Shown here in pieces: positions 22,231 to 37,937 of a stretch of 38,043 nucleotides of DNA; within the stretch, counting starts at the first letter, position 1, and every line of letters starts with the position of its first letter. The notes beneath the pieces were generated by a model, which was not told where the DNA came from, ran no database searches, and saw only the letters and a list, made by a program, of their open reading frames with translations. Made by a program: the position numbers and the translations under genes. The stretch covers positions 60,204-98,246 of the forward strand of contig CALSCP010001441.1 of assembly GCA_943704425.1 (NCBI GenBank), written 5' to 3'. Source of the stretch: Ministeria vibrans ATCC 50519. Lineage: Eukaryota; Protista; Filasterea.

Positions 22231-24429
22231 CTAAAAGAGCTGCAACATAAGTGAGGTAGCGCCATCACGCCAGAGGGAGAGAGACGGAGGGAGGAGACGG
22301 ACGGGAGCACGGCAGAGAGGACAAGAGCGGTTGCGACTGAGCCACTGGTGAATACAATGCTCACAGAAGGTATGTGAACAGTTTGGCAGGGTTAGGGGGA
22401 CACTGAGAGGGTCCTGACAAATTGCACAAGGCTCTTCATCACCAATGGTGTTGTTGTCATGGTGACCATTGCGACCGTGATTGCGCTGTTGCTGTGTGAG
22501 CATTGTCTGTGCGAACTGAACCACTTTGTGTGCCCGCTCAATCACAAGACTAAACTTGAATACAAGATAGATTCCTATGCATAACCAACATAAGCACAAA
22601 GTAGACACACATACAGCACACTCAGCGATCACTCTCAAGCAATAAACAAAGAGAGAGCAACAGAGAGGCAGAGAGATATAAACGCAAAGAACAATGATGA
22701 TTATGTGGAACTAACCTGCAATGAGGGACATGAAGATCTTTCCGCTTCCGGCGTGAAGAAAGAACTCATACCAGACGGGAATAGGCAGCATAAGCCGGTA
22801 GAGCTGAGACAGTTCTTCTGCGAGACTGTAATACTTGCTCTGTGACAAACAAGACGGAAAGTGTATACGTGAGATGTGGTCAAATCAGAATAAATGTGAG
22901 TCAAATCAGAATGAATCAGAACGAATGTGAATCATTCAGAATGAATGCGTGTTGAGTGTGGCGCTTACTCTGTTGTGATACGACCAAAAACTCGGTGCGA
23001 GAGTCATTAGAGTTTTTGCGAATATGGTAACGTAACGAGCAGCAATATCAGTCACAACGACAATGAAAATGGTATCAAAAAACTCGACGTGGGTAGAAGG
23101 AGGGAAGAGAGCCAGACTAAAAGGTAAAGTGGAGTTAGGGTTAGGATGACACTGGCCATGACACTATTTTAGTTATTTGAGTTTGAACTACGCTTCTGTT
23201 GCATGTGCAATGTACCTTTTGTAAATGGGAAAGATGTAGTAGACAGAGGCAAGCTGACAGGCGAGGAGGGCCATGACAAAGATGAGGACGCGCTTGCGAC
23301 GGTGTTCGCGAGCGGCCACTTGACTGGTGAGAAGGGAGTTTGCATTGAGGAGAACTATCCACATGACAAGAGTAAGAGCAATGCCCTCCTTGTGACGGTA
23401 GGTGAAGACGGTGAGAAGCATGACAAGGAACGGGAAGGAGCGTTCGAGCCAGCGGAGGAATGCCTGGAATTCAACGCGAGTGGAAGGGCCATCGTCGACA
23501 GTGAAAAGCTCGTCGGGAGGCGCACTGTCCACTGCCGTACCATTGGTGGTGGTGGTGGTAGTGGCGGTGGTCATCGTCGTCGCCGCCGCCGCCGCCGTTG
23601 AGGTTGGGGTGTCGGTGGTGGGCATGTCCAGGGTAAAGTCAGTGGAGTTGGTGTTGACTGCGGCGGCAATGCGGTGGCTGTACGGGTCGAGAGGTGGTGG
23701 AACAGCATTCGTGGTGGCCGTCATGCTGGTGGTGGCGGGAGTCGCCGAGAAGGATCGTCTGGGGGCGAGACCATTGGTGCTGTTGTTGGGGTCTGAGTGG
23801 GATTCGGCTGGGGTTGGAGTAGGAGGGAGTGAGCTGAGCGAGTGTGGTGACTCGCTTGCCGCTGCTCCCGTCAGTGCAGCAGCTGATGCTGTTGGTATTG
23901 GCGCCACGGCAATCCAGGGGGGGGCGCCACCATGATGGTGCATCGGCTCGGGCGAGGCCAGTTCGGAGAGTTCGCTGCCGAGTTGTGGCGAGAGAAAGGC
24001 AATGGAGGCGCTCGCAGAGCGATTGTGAGTTCGACGAATGCGAGACGCAACAGTGCCAATGTCGATGGGCGCCAAGGGACGTCCTTCCAGGTCGGCGCTG
24101 CCACTGCGCTCGCGGCTCAGTGCCTGCAGCCGGGCACGCGCAGAGGCAGCAGGCGCGTCAAGCGGGCGCTCGTTTGCGGACGATCGAGGATTAAACGGAT
24201 TGAAAATCTCCTGTAGCGTGTTCATGGCGCCCACCAGTCCCGGTAGAGTGCCACCAAGTCCGCCCGAGTGTGCCGGGGTGTCGAGAGCAACGTCAGATGA
24301 CAATTGGCGAACGAGTCGGCCGGAAGACGGCACACCCGAAATGCCGGGTCTTCCGGGGCCCGTCCCGCTTGCATTCCCAGTCGAGCTCGACGTGCTCTCC
24401 GCAAAGCCTACCGAGCGAGAAGAAGACAT
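22231..24429 (-). CDS. RING finger and transmembrane domain protein (RNFT1/RNFT2-like E3 ligase)
   Basis: Disordered N-terminus, WLERSFPFLVMLL...H.EGI multi-TM region, C-terminal RING CAICQD...CSHTFCEHCIHQWL..SCPLCRA and WRDGATSLMLQLF end. Confidence 0.85.
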
Positions 24430-24798
24430 GGGGAAAGCAAAAAAAGACTCAAACTGTGAAGTGTGAAAAAAAGTTACGTAATTCCTATATTTTATCAAAT
24501 GTAATATATCGCATCGGTGCTTGCTCAGATGACCTCTAATTACTCACTAGTCACTACTAGATATACATGTTCTAACGTGTCATACGCGTGTAATGACAAA
24601 GTTGATTCGCGAGTGGTACGTGACGAACAATAAACAACAAACTTTGTCGATCAACTAAATTCCACTAAATTCCTTCCCATGGCTTAGTGACCCGCTTGTT
24701 CTCCTCTCTTCCACATACAGTCGTGGACACGCAGGCAGCCTCATCCACACATATTCAGTCATTATAATATTTTTAAGGCACAAGTGAATGTTTAGAGT

Positions 24799-24915
24799 TT
24801 ACTTCTTAGACGAAGTAGCCTGTCCCTCCTGGAAACCGTTCTTGAAGCGTCGGAAGACCTAGACGCAACAACGTGTGAGACGCGCCAAAGCATTGATAAG
24901 CAAAGAAGGTAGAAT

Positions 24916-24959
<44 letters not shown>

Positions 24960-25350
24960 TCTCTCACTCTCACTCTCACTCTCTCAATATAAATAAATCA
25001 TACCTCCTTGATGTGACGCATGCGGCCGGTACCGGTAGTCTTGCGGCGCTTAGCCTTGACGCTCCAGTTGTCTACACTCACACAAAAAAAAGAAAAAAAA
25101 AGAGAGAGAGGAGAGAGAGAGAAAAACAAAGAATGAGAAAGAAAAAAAAATTATAATAATAAAAAAAAAAAAAAAAAAAAGTACATGAACGCATCTTGGC
25201 AGCAGGGAAGGCACACGACGCACAGGTGTGCTTCTGGATGTGGAACGAGCTCTTGCCGCATCGCACGCAGAGCGTGTGCGACTTGGTGTGGCGCTTTCCG
25301 AAGGCCTGCGTTCCTTTCGTCTGTGGCGCAAGAGAGCGGGAGAGAGAGCG

Positions 25351-25383
<33 letters not shown>

Positions 25384-25456
25384 CAAAAAGTTTAGGCACA
25401 TGCGACCGAAAGAGCCACGCCCCGAACGGCGTTCTTTTTCAGACCCCTCTTACCAT
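24799..25456 (-). CDS. RPL37: 60S ribosomal protein L37 (eL37)
   Basis: ATG|gtaag micro-exon at 25456-25454, then [22 protein letters not shown]...[20 protein letters not shown]...[12 protein letters not shown]. Confidence 0.97.
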
Positions 25457-25520
25457 GACTGTCTGTTGCTTTCAGGTAGGGGCAAGAGTTCCACTACAAA
25501 CAACGACCGAAAACGCGTTC

Positions 25521-25556
<36 letters not shown>

Positions 25557-26108
25557 CAATTCTCTTTGACACGACAGCGAGAACTTCAATGGGGATTCTT
25601 CGCGCTCGCGGTCGTCTGTATAGCACCACTGGTCGTCGTCGTCGGACGAGGACCGGCACAGACAGTGGCCAGGAAGAACGATGTTCAATATTGAACAAAC
25701 GAGAGATTTTTGGGGTGGATGGAGGGCTGTAGAGCAGCCAACAGAGGGGAGGCGGGTGCACAATGGTGCTGGAGCAAAACGTACCACGAAGAGAGGAAAG
25801 AAAAAGGTCGATTAACGATTTTCCAAAATCATTTTTGAGATCGCTTTCAATTTTCAATATAGAAATGAACCTAGAAAACGAAATAAGTGCTCTTCTCCAA
25901 CCAAATTGTCTTCCAGTTCATCCTTGAGTTGATAAATGAGTTCCTTCTTACTCTTCAGCCTATTAGTCGCCTCAGAGCCTTCAGAATACTAATAATCATT
26001 TTGCTACTTATTCCAAGATGAGTCGACTACTTCCGAATAACTATAAAAAATAGAAAATTAGAAATATACAATAATAATTATACAATATACATTAATCGTG
26101 TTTGTTTG

Positions 26109-29100
26109 ATGGAGCTCAACCGAGTGCCGAGCTACGGCAGCGTGCGATCGGTGACGAGCTCCGTCAGCTTTGGCGGTCTGGCAACGGCGGCTCTCATGCC
26201 TCGCCGCGGCCCCCGCTCCCTCTTACCGACCCCGGCCGGCACCGCCGCGCCGTCTGTGTACAGTCGCTCGTCACCCTCGATGATCGCGCCGCACGGAAGA
26301 ACCACGATCCCTCGCAACTGGAAGGGCCATGTCGTTTTCATCGACGGCGACAAAGACCGCTCGGCCGTCGAACGCGAGCTCAAACACCTCGAAGCGGTAC
26401 ACCTCGCGCTCCCTACCACCATCGACTGCACCCTTCCACTTCCATCTGCGAGCCTCCCTCTCCCGCCTCAGTCCCGCCTGAAGCCCATTCCGCCAAAACT
26501 GCTCTTTTCCGTTTCATCGTTTTTTTTTTTAAACTTTGGCGCGCTCTTCAACCGTTGTCCGTTTCGCGCTTTTTTCCTGTGCCCCTCCCCTCCCGCGCTC
26601 TTATGTCGAAAGCGTGGTTCCGCTCTACCTTGCTGTCCTGGGGCCTGCGCGACCCTTTCAAGTCTAATGGAACTGTGGTGATTTTACTTTTTCTTTTTTT
26701 TCTGTAGACCATCTCAAACTTCTTTGACACTCACAAAGTGTCGATTGTGATCAGTAACCAGCCGGCGGCGTCGATCACCGAAGATACGCTGGCTGCGTCT
26801 GTGGGTGCGTCGATGAGCCCCGACGTGAGCAGATCGCCCAAGGACGACTCATCAGTCGTGACACGACACCAGCACAGTAGCTCGACAGTTGCGTCTGCGA
26901 CTGCCCGTCAAGTCATGGCCGTCTCCAAGTATGTGCCCGCCTCCAAGAGTGCGCGCCAACTCACCGCTTCTGCTGGCACTTCCCGCAATGTCGTCGACAT
27001 TGCCAGGCGCAATGACATTGCCGTCATTTCCCTCGAGGGTACGCACTAAAATATAATAATAACTATTATACCGCTCATTTTTTGTTTGCTTGTTTTTGTT
27101 TTTGTTTTTGTTTTTGTTTTTTTAGCGTTCCAACAAGCTTACCCACGTGCCTTGGGGCGTCAGCATCATCAACAACAGCATCACCATCACTTGCACAACA
27201 CCACTGGGGCTCCATCACAACCCGTCTCGCAACACACTGCGCGTGTGTCACTCAACATCTTTGCTCGCTCCCGCGCACACCATGTCGCCGCTCCACTGCC
27301 CGCCCTGCAACGCGCCTCTCTCTCGGACACCAGTCGCGTGCGTTCCTTTCGACAGCGCGCCTATGTCAAGCTCGAGGACACATCGGGTCGTGTGCGCGCC
27401 ACCTACAAGATCTTTGAGGAAGGAGAAGTGCCTCAGCTGTACTGGCACGTCAACACCAATGAATGTCCTTTCCTCCCGCCCAACAGCACCAGTGCCGACG
27501 ACGGCGAGGGGGACATCAACAACAACAGCGGCGACGACGACAACGATCACCCCAGCAGCGAACACCAGAAGGAGGAGGAGGTGAAGGAGCCGACGAATCG
27601 ACGCGCGTCCAAGCGAGCACGCGTTGTGCAGGATGAGAAGGAGAAGAAGAAGGAGAATCTGCTGCGAGAGCAAGAGCGACGTCAAAAGGAAGAGGACATG
27701 GCAGAAGAGGAGCGACTGCGACGCGAACGACGACGCACCCGACGCAAGATCAACACCAAAAGTGGCTATTGCGAGTGCTGTGGAAAGTCATACGACAACT
27801 TCTCAAAGCATCGCGTCACACCCGAGCACCGTATGTTTGGTCGTACCGCAGCAAACTATGTTGCCGTTGACAATGTGTGTGCGCTCTTTGATCTGGATCA
27901 TGAGCTGGCCAGTCTGATAGAGCGCGCAGGTGTCAAGAGTGATAATGATGTAGGAGGTGGAGACGATGATGATATGGGAATGGAGTGGACGTGTGAACAT
28001 GAGGAGGAGGATAAGGAGAAAGTGGTCGAGATGGAGGATGTGAAGGAGAATGAGGAGGAAGAGGAGGAGGAGGAGGAGGAGGAGGGAGGTGCAGTGGGAA
28101 TGGAGGTGGACGAAGGGGAAGACGATGAAAAGGTCAAGGAGGAGGAGACACGAAAGAAGAGGGAGGAGGAGGAGAGGGTAGAGGCTGAGCGATTGAGACG
28201 TGAGACAGAAGCAAGAAAAGTTGAGGCGGAGCGTCAACGCGTGCGTCCTGTCAAGCACCGCTACCGACACAAAGCGACAGTCACAGTGCTACCACAAGCA
28301 CAAGCACAAGGACGAAGCGACGATGACGATGAAGTCGAAGACGAAGAAGAAGTGGCAGCGTCTGTACCACCCAGACACACTGTCGTTTCCCTTGACGAGT
28401 GTGAGGAGGTTGCAGTGGAGCAGTCGCCGCGCGTGCAAGTCCCCATCACTCCTGCAACCCCCTTTGACTTTGACGACCTCGATGACTTTGAGACACCCTT
28501 TTCGGGCCGGCTCGGTCGTCGTGTTGCTGCGTCTAGTCCTACAGTGCATGTGGCTGTGCCGCCTAAGAAACCCGCCGCCACCGCGACTGCTGCTGCTTCT
28601 GCAAAGAAGAAGATGAAGAAGACGAAGGTGGTGGTGGAGGCTGCCGCGACAGAGACAGCAAAGACGGTTTCCTCCCAAAGTAGTACATCTACTAGTCGTG
28701 CAAGGAAGACCAAGCGAGCCGAGCAGATTGCCGCGAGGGTGCGTGAGCGACGTGCGGGCCATTCGTCGTCCGACCTTGGCGCGTGTCGACTGTCCCCCGG
28801 CCGCTCACACATGCACAAGACCCCCTCCAGTGCACGTTTGCTCTCCTCCACCACAGGAGTGATCGTGGCAAGCCCCGCCACGGTAAAGACCACGCGCGCG
28901 CTTCGGACCGCCGCCAGTGTGCGCCACAACAAGAACAGCAGTAGCAGTGGGTGTGGGCGTCGTGTTCGAGTAGGTCCTTTGTCATTGTCGTCGTCCACGA
29001 GTCCCTGTGACGGTGCCTTTGCATTTGATGAAGACGACGACGTCCCTGCTGTCACCAAGCAAGCGGCTGTCACCAAGCAAGCGGCTGTCACCAAGCAAGC

Positions 29101-29392
29101 GGCTGTCACCACAGCCAAGCAGAAGGCAGTTGATGAGTTTGATTTCGATGAGCCAGACGATGTGGAGAAGAAAGTGCTGGAGCGACTGGCTCCGCTTGCC
29201 TACGACGATGACGATGATGATGCACTGTTGCTGTTGGGCGGTGCAACCGTGAACAAGAAGAAGCAGTCGCAGCAGGACCAGAGCAAAAGAACGACGACGA
29301 CAAAGAAGAAGAAGAAGAGCGAGACAGTTGCTGCCAAAGTGTTGGCCACAAGTAGCGAAGGCGATTGGGATGTGGCTGCACTGGCATTGTAA
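26109..29392 (+). CDS. DBF4: DBF4/ASK (Cdc7 kinase activator) homolog
   Basis: Motif N (WKGHVVFID...LEA|TISNFFDTHKVSIVISN), motif M (YVKLEDTSGRVRATY...PQLY...CPF), motif C zinc finger (KSGYCECC...H...EH); long acidic and low-complexity tail. Confidence 0.85.
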
Positions 29393-29658
29393 TAAGATGT
29401 AATAATAATAATAATGTTGTAGCATGAGCAAAGAGGTCCGTCTCAAGTATGAATTTATTGATCGCGCGCATACAAATCAATCACCCCTTTTGAAAAGTTC
29501 TTTTCCGCCAAGGTGAGTGGCGCAAAATGTCAGCGTTCCATCCATCCGGCACACCAAAATTACATTATTATCTCCCTTGAAACTTTTTATTTTCTTTTCT
29601 TCACAAATTTGAGTAATTTGAAATTTCATTCATTTTTCGTTCTATTGACTCAAGATAA

Positions 29659-29892
29659 ATGGACTTTGCAAGGCGACAGTTGGAAAAGTTTGGCTGGACA
29701 AGGTAGAGGGACAGGCGAGTCATTGATCAATTTTTCACCCCTCTCCTCTTCTTCCAGCGGCGATGGCCTTGGCAAAGAACGCCATGGTATGAGCGAAGCC
29801 ATCAAACCAAAGCTCAAAATGGACGCCAATGGGGTAAGCAAGGACGAGATGTCGACAAGCGTGGGTCTCGCGTGCCTTTGCCTTTTGACACG

Positions 29893-29945
<53 letters not shown>

Positions 29946-30741
29946 TAGCTTGGTCACGTTGACAACGACTTCCCTTGGTGGGACCATGTGTTCAACAAGG
30001 CAGCCAAGAACATGTCCATTGAAGTGAAGGAGGGCGAGGAGGTAAAAAGCTGATATGAATTTATGGAGTCACAGACACTGTGTGTTTCGTTCAAAGGTTG
30101 TTGTGAAGCGCAAGAGTGAGGCTCCCACTGAAGTGCGCACACGACCACCGGTGAAGATATCCAAGCGACTTTTCTACAACGGGTTTGTGGCTTCTACGAC
30201 GCTCGAAGGCACAGGCGAGACGGACGAATTTGCGAGCGACGACGAGACGAAAGTGTTTGCAAAGAAAATCAGTGATGAGGAGCTTCTGGCACGATGTGGC
30301 GGGCGCACGGGGCATCGAGCAGCACGTCATGGGCATCGGATGACGGCGAAACTGGAGCGGGTGGCGCAGCAGGAAGGGAATACGCCGGCACAGAGTGACA
30401 CGGAAGAAAAGGAAGAGGAAGGAGAGGAGGAGAAGCGGAAACGGCTCAAGAAGGAACGGAAGGAGGAACGGAGGCGGTTGAGAAGGGAAGCAGAGGAGAC
30501 AGAAGAGAAGAGTGACACGGAAGAGAAGGAAGAGGAAGGAGAGGAGGAGAAGCGGAAACGGCTCAAGAAGGAACGGAAGGAGGAACGGAGACGGTTGAGA
30601 GAAGCCGAGGAAACAGAAGAGAAGAGTGAGAAGCGGAAGAGGAGTGAGGAGGATGAGGAAGAAGAGAGAAGAGCGGCAAAGCGAGCGCGAAAGGAAGAGA
30701 GAAGAAGAAAGCGAGAAGAGAAGAAGAAGAAGACAGCTTAA
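29659..30741 (+). CDS. GPATCH4: G-patch domain protein 4-like
   Basis: MDFARRQLEKFGWT|SGDGLGKERHGM...WWDHVFNKAA...LLARCGGRTGHRAARHG..MTAKLERVAQQE; K/E/R-rich tail with a ~117-bp direct duplication (~30393-30625). Confidence 0.85.
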
Positions 30742-30772
30742 ATAAAGAAGAAGACAGATTAAATATGAAGCT

Positions 30773-32704
<1,932 letters not shown>

Positions 32705-32873
32705 TTGGTGGGATAAAAGGAGGTAAGGGAGAAGGGGCTAAGCAAAAATAATTGATTTTTTTGAAGAACGAAAAAAACGGATCGATTCGGTCATATTGGT
32801 TTTTGAATGAAGAAATATTTTTCAGGATTTTTTATAATAGTATTGTGACAAACAGTTGTGAGGCGGCGCATGA

Positions 32874-34671
32874 TCAGTACGAAGTAGCCATGCTCTGAAG
32901 AGGGCCCAACTCAAGGTCATTTCCGCCGACACGACGGTAACGGTACTCGGAGTGGCGACGACGACGGTACTGCTTGAGGGCAAAGTAGCCGGCGATGGAC
33001 AGACACACAAGCATGACCAGACCAATAGCAGTGCTGCGGGCAGTGGAGACTGTGAAAATAGAGATAAGGTATATAAATATTAAGAGATAATTATTCTATT
33101 ACATAATTATGTAGTGTGGGTGAGCGACTTACCGCCACCAGTGAGAATATCTTCGACGTCATCGTCGACTGGGATGTTGGTTTTCGTGCCACTATCAGAT
33201 TTGCTCTCTGTGTCGGTGCCGCTTGGTGCCTGCCACCCTTCTCCCTCAGACTCAGTCTCTGCTTCGGTTTCAGTCTCAGTTTCAGTCTCAGCTTCAGTCT
33301 CTGCTTCGGTCTCAGTCTCAGCTTCGGTCTCCGCCTCAGCTTCAGTCTCTGCTTCGGTTTCAGTCTCAGCTTCGGTCTCAGTCTCAGCTTCAGTCTCAGT
33401 CTCCGCTTCGGTCTCAGTCTCCGCTTCGGTCTCAGTCTCAGCTTCGGTCTCAGTCTCCGCTTCAGTCTCAGTCTCCGCTTCGGTCTCAGTCTCAGCTTCG
33501 GTCTCAGTCTCAGCTTCGGTCTCAGTCTCCGCTTCGGTCTCAGTCTCCGCTTCGGTCTCAGTCTCAGCTTCGGTCTCAGTCTCAGCTTCGGTCTCAGTCT
33601 CCGCTTCGGTCTCAGTCTCAGCTTCGGTCTCAGTCTCAGCTTCGGTCTCAGTCTCAGCTTCGGTTTCCGTCTCAGCTTCGGTCTCAGTCTCCGTCTCCGC
33701 TTCGGTCTCAGTCTCGGCTTCAGTCTCAGTCTCAGCTTCAGTCTCAGTCTCCGCTTCAGTCTCAGTCTCTGCTTCGGTCTCAGTCTCCGTTTCGGTTTCC
33801 GTCTCAGCTTCGGTCTCAGCTTCGGTCTCAGCTTCGGTCTCAGCTTCAGTCTCCGTCTCAGTCTCCGTCTCAGTCTCCGTCTCAGTCTCAGTCTCCGTCC
33901 CGGCTTCGGTCTCAGTCTCCGCCTCGGTTTCAGCTTCCGTCTCCGTCTCCGTCCCTTCTTCAGTCTCAGTCTCAGTCTCAGTCTCGGTCTCAGTCTCAGT
34001 CTCAGTCTCAGTCTCAGTCTCGGTCTCAGTCTCAGTCTCGGTCTCAGTCCCAGTCTCGGTCTCCGTCTCCGTCCCTGCTTCAGTCTCAGTCTCAGTCTCA
34101 GTCTCAGTCTCAGTCTCAGTCTCAGTCTCGCTCTCGAGTGGCTTCTTCGTAGCAGCTCCCGTCTTCTTAGGAGTCGTATTCGCAGTAGTCGTCTTCTTGG
34201 GAGTCGTCTTCGCAGCAGTCGTCGTCTTCGCCGCGGTCGTCGTCTTCTTCGCAGCAGCAGTCGTCGTCTTCTTGGGGGTCGTCGTCTTCGCAGCAGTCGT
34301 CTTCGCAGCAGCCGTCTTCGCCGACGTCGTCGTCTTCGCAGCAGCCGTCTTCGCCGACGTCGTCGTCTTGGCAGGCGCCGTCGTCGATGTCGTCGTGCCA
34401 GACACTGTCTTCTTGGGTGACACCGTCTTCTTGGGTGTCACCGTCTTCTTCGCGGCGACAGTCCCAGACGTCTTGGTCGTCGCAGCCTTTGCCGTCCCCT
34501 TGGCCGTGGCTGCGCCCGTTCCTGTGGCTGTTTTCGCGTTCGTTCCTTTTGCCAAAACTCGCGCAAATCGTTCCTCCTCTGTTTCCTCAAGCCCGTCTCC
34601 CTTCCGCATCTCTACCGTCACTTCAGAAATCGTGTCATCGTTGGTGCGAGCCTCTGCCGAAACGAGCAGCT
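32874..34671 (-). CDS. Type I membrane protein with K/T/A-rich and (AETETE)n acidic mucin-like ectodomain; 5' end probably in or near the gap
   Basis: Exon 34671-33133 (donor G|gtaagt) splices in phase 1 to 33049-32874: [43 protein letters not shown]...SMATSY*. TM segment followed by a basic stop-transfer. Confidence 0.75.
33250..34130 (-). repeat. Coding tandem array of 6-bp (ET) and 18-bp (AETETE) units
   Basis: tcagtc / gcttcggtctcagtctca units over ~880 bp. Confidence 0.95.
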
Positions 34672-34834
34672 CTGTAGTGCGATAAGAAGAAAGAGAGAAA
34701 AAGAAAAAAAAGAAAAAAAGAAGAAAAAAAACGAACAAGCTGGGTTGAGAAAAAAACGAAATCGTCCCAAAAAATCAAAAGGATGAGATAACAGAAAAAG
34801 AAGGAGAGAAAGGGGATGGGGAGAATGAGGAGGG

Positions 34835-35449
34835 NNNNNNNNNNNNNNNNNNNNNNNNNNNNNNNNNNNNNNNNNNNNNNNNNNNNNNNNNNNNNNNNNN
34901 NNNNNNNNNNNNNNNNNNNNNNNNNNNNNNNNNNNNNNNNNNNNNNNNNNNNNNNNNNNNNNNNNNNNNNNNNNNNNNNNNNNNNNNNNNNNNNNNNNNN
35001 NNNNNNNNNNNNNNNNNNNNNNNNNNNNNNNNNNNNNNNNNNNNNNNNNNNNNNNNNNNNNNNNNNNNNNNNNNNNNNNNNNNNNNNNNNNNNNNNNNNN
35101 NNNNNNNNNNNNNNNNNNNNNNNNNNNNNNNNNNNNNNNNNNNNNNNNNNNNNNNNNNNNNNNNNNNNNNNNNNNNNNNNNNNNNNNNNNNNNNNNNNNN
35201 NNNNNNNNNNNNNNNNNNNNNNNNNNNNNNNNNNNNNNNNNNNNNNNNNNNNNNNNNNNNNNNNNNNNNNNNNNNNNNNNNNNNNNNNNNNNNNNNNNNN
35301 NNNNNNNNNNNNNNNNNNNNNNNNNNNNNNNNNNNNNNNNNNNNNNNNNNNNNNNNNNNNNNNNNNNNNNNNNNNNNNNNNNNNNNNNNNNNNNNNNNNN
35401 NNNNNNNNNNNNNNNNNNNNNNNNNNNNNNNNNNNNNNNNNNNNNNNNN
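34835..35449. other. Assembly gap (N run)
   Basis: Ns in the sequence; likely hides the 5' ends of two divergent genes. Confidence 1.
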
Positions 35450-35511
35450 TTTTTGTTTTTTTTTTTTTTTTTGTTTTAAACTCTTTCGTTTTCTCTCTCT
35501 CTCTCTTTCAG

Positions 35512-37438
35512 TACCATCAATCGGTGATTGACAACACACGTGAATCTTGCCGCAAGCACCCCCTTCCGTCGCCCACCGCCATTGCTCTTGACACCAAAGG
35601 TAAGCAAAAGAAAAAAGAAGAAGAAAAAAAAACAAAAACATAATCCTTTGCTCGTTTTGTGATTGATAGGACCTGAGATTCGCACTGGACTGATTGAAGG
35701 TGGTGGCGAGGTGACTCTGGAGGAGGGACAAGACATCACGATCACCACAGACATTGCGATGCGCGAAAAGTGCGGAAAGAGCCTGATCTACGTTGACTAT
35801 GAGAACATTGTCAAGGTGATCAAGCCGGGCAAGCTGATCTACATCGACGACGGCCTCCTCAGCATTGAGGTCGTCGAGATCAATGGCAAGGAGATCAAGG
35901 GCAAGGTCATCAACCGAGGCATTCTGTCCAGTCAAAAGGGCGTCAATCTGCCTCTGGTGCCGGTCGATCTGCCGGCGCTCTCGGAGAAGGACAAGAAGGA
36001 CCTGCAATTCGGCGTGGAGAACGGCGTCGACATGGTCTTTGCCTCATTCATTCGCCACAGCGACGACATCAAGGAGATCCGCAAGGTGCTCGGCGAGAAA
36101 GGTCGCAACATCAAGATCATTGCCAAGGTGGAGAACCACCAAGGCGTCGAGAACTTCCTTGACATCCTCAAAGTAATCAAAAAAGAGTGAGAGAGAGACT
36201 GTGTATCTGCATGTGTGTGATAAGTGTAGGAGACTGAAGTCATGAGATACAGTGTGTATGTGTGTGGAGTTGAAACTCACAGCTCGTCTTTGTTGCTTAG
36301 GAAACTGATGGTGTCATGGTTGCTCGTGGTGACCTGGGCATTGAGATTCCCCCTGAGAAAGTGTTCCTCGCGCAAAAGTTTATGATTGCAAACTGTAACC
36401 GAGTTGGAAAGCCCGTAAGAATATACGAAAGTTGTCTCATTGTCGGTCTCATTTTGTATTGATGTGTGTTAGGTCATCTGTGCGACTCAAATGCTCGAAT
36501 CAATGACACTCAACCCGAGACCCACACGAGCGGAAGTCAGTGACGGTAAAATAGAACAACAATTTTCTGTCGTATCCAACACTGCTACGCATTTATACAC
36601 ACAGACACTCTCACACGCTCTAACTCTCAAACTTTCTTTTTTCTCTCTCTCCCTCTTGTTGCTTACTTTTGCACACACAGTGGCCAATGCAGTGATGGAT
36701 GGCGCAGACTGTGTGATGCTCAGTGGCGAAACCGCCAAGGGAAAGTACCCTATTGAAGCAGTCCAAATGATGGCAAAGATCTGCTGCGAAGCCGTAACGT
36801 CACTTTGTGCTCTCTGCTATTGTGTGACTCATTTTTATTTTATTTTTTGCGTTGTAGGAGAGTGCCATCAACTACGCATCACAGTTCAACCAAATCAGTC
36901 TGCTGACGCCCAAGCCCATGGACACAGTGGAGACCATTGCGGCGTCAACGGCACGTGCTGCCTTTGAGCTGGGTGCTGCAGCCATCATTGTGCTCAGCAC
37001 GACCGGAACCACCGCCAGACTCATTGCCAAGTACAAGGTATGTACTCTCATGAATACGTCTTGGTGTATATTGTGCCACTTACTCGCTGCCTATGTTAGC
37101 CTCCTGTGCCCATTCTCATGATCACTCGTCGCGCCGAGACGTCCCGTCTGGCGCACTTGTACCGTGCCGTGCTCCCTCTGCACTATGCCTCGCCGCGTGG
37201 CTCCACAGACCAATGGCAGAAGGACGTCGACGCAAGAATCGAGGTATTTATATACACACGCACAAAAATTTTCTTTTTCTTTTTCTCAATTCTCTCTCGT
37301 CTTTGGGTGTGTTTCTAGTGGGGAATTTCCAAGGCCAAGGAGATGGACATGCTCTCGTCCGGTGGCGTCATCATTGCTGTCACTGGCTGGTCTAACGGCC
37401 CCCAGCACACAAACACAATGCGTGTTCTCACTGTCTAA
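35512..37438 (+). CDS. PK: Pyruvate kinase (5' part in gap)
   Basis: AIALDTK|[96 protein letters not shown]. Confidence 0.98.
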
Positions 37439-37937
37439 AACAACACACCCTCACCCACACCCCCCAAAAAAAACAAAAAAAAGAGTGCAAACAAAAAATG
37501 AAGAGTTTACTTAAAAGGTTACAAACGGACTTGGTATCAATCATATCAACGCAATCTGTAAGCGCCATATCGACTCAGTTTTCACAGTTTATTTTCTCGT
37601 TTCCTTTGGAGCACAGCGAACAGCCCGTGTGCGTGTGCACTGTCGTCCAAGGCCATACACCTGTGATCCCCGTACGCTCCCATCGCTTTAAACTTCGTTT
37701 GTGTCTGAATTCGACTCAAAACATATTTTGATGATTTTGGGACGAAGAAAAAAAAATATGTTTTGTTGTCAAACGCAAAAATGACTCAGTCAATTGCGGC
37801 TGTTGTGTGCGAGACGGAGGCGTGTGACGCTCATCGTTGCGGTGCGTGGTGTGCTTTGCCGTTTTATATGGAAATATTCCGACATTCAAAATTTTGAGGT
37901 TTGACTGTCAAACAATTAATTGGTTTGATTTTGCAGA

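Noticed and set aside
33114-34685. 523-aa plus-strand SVSA ORF and the other frames over the repeat
   Set aside because: Antisense shadows of the AETETE array. Only the minus frame has splice sites and a TM exon.
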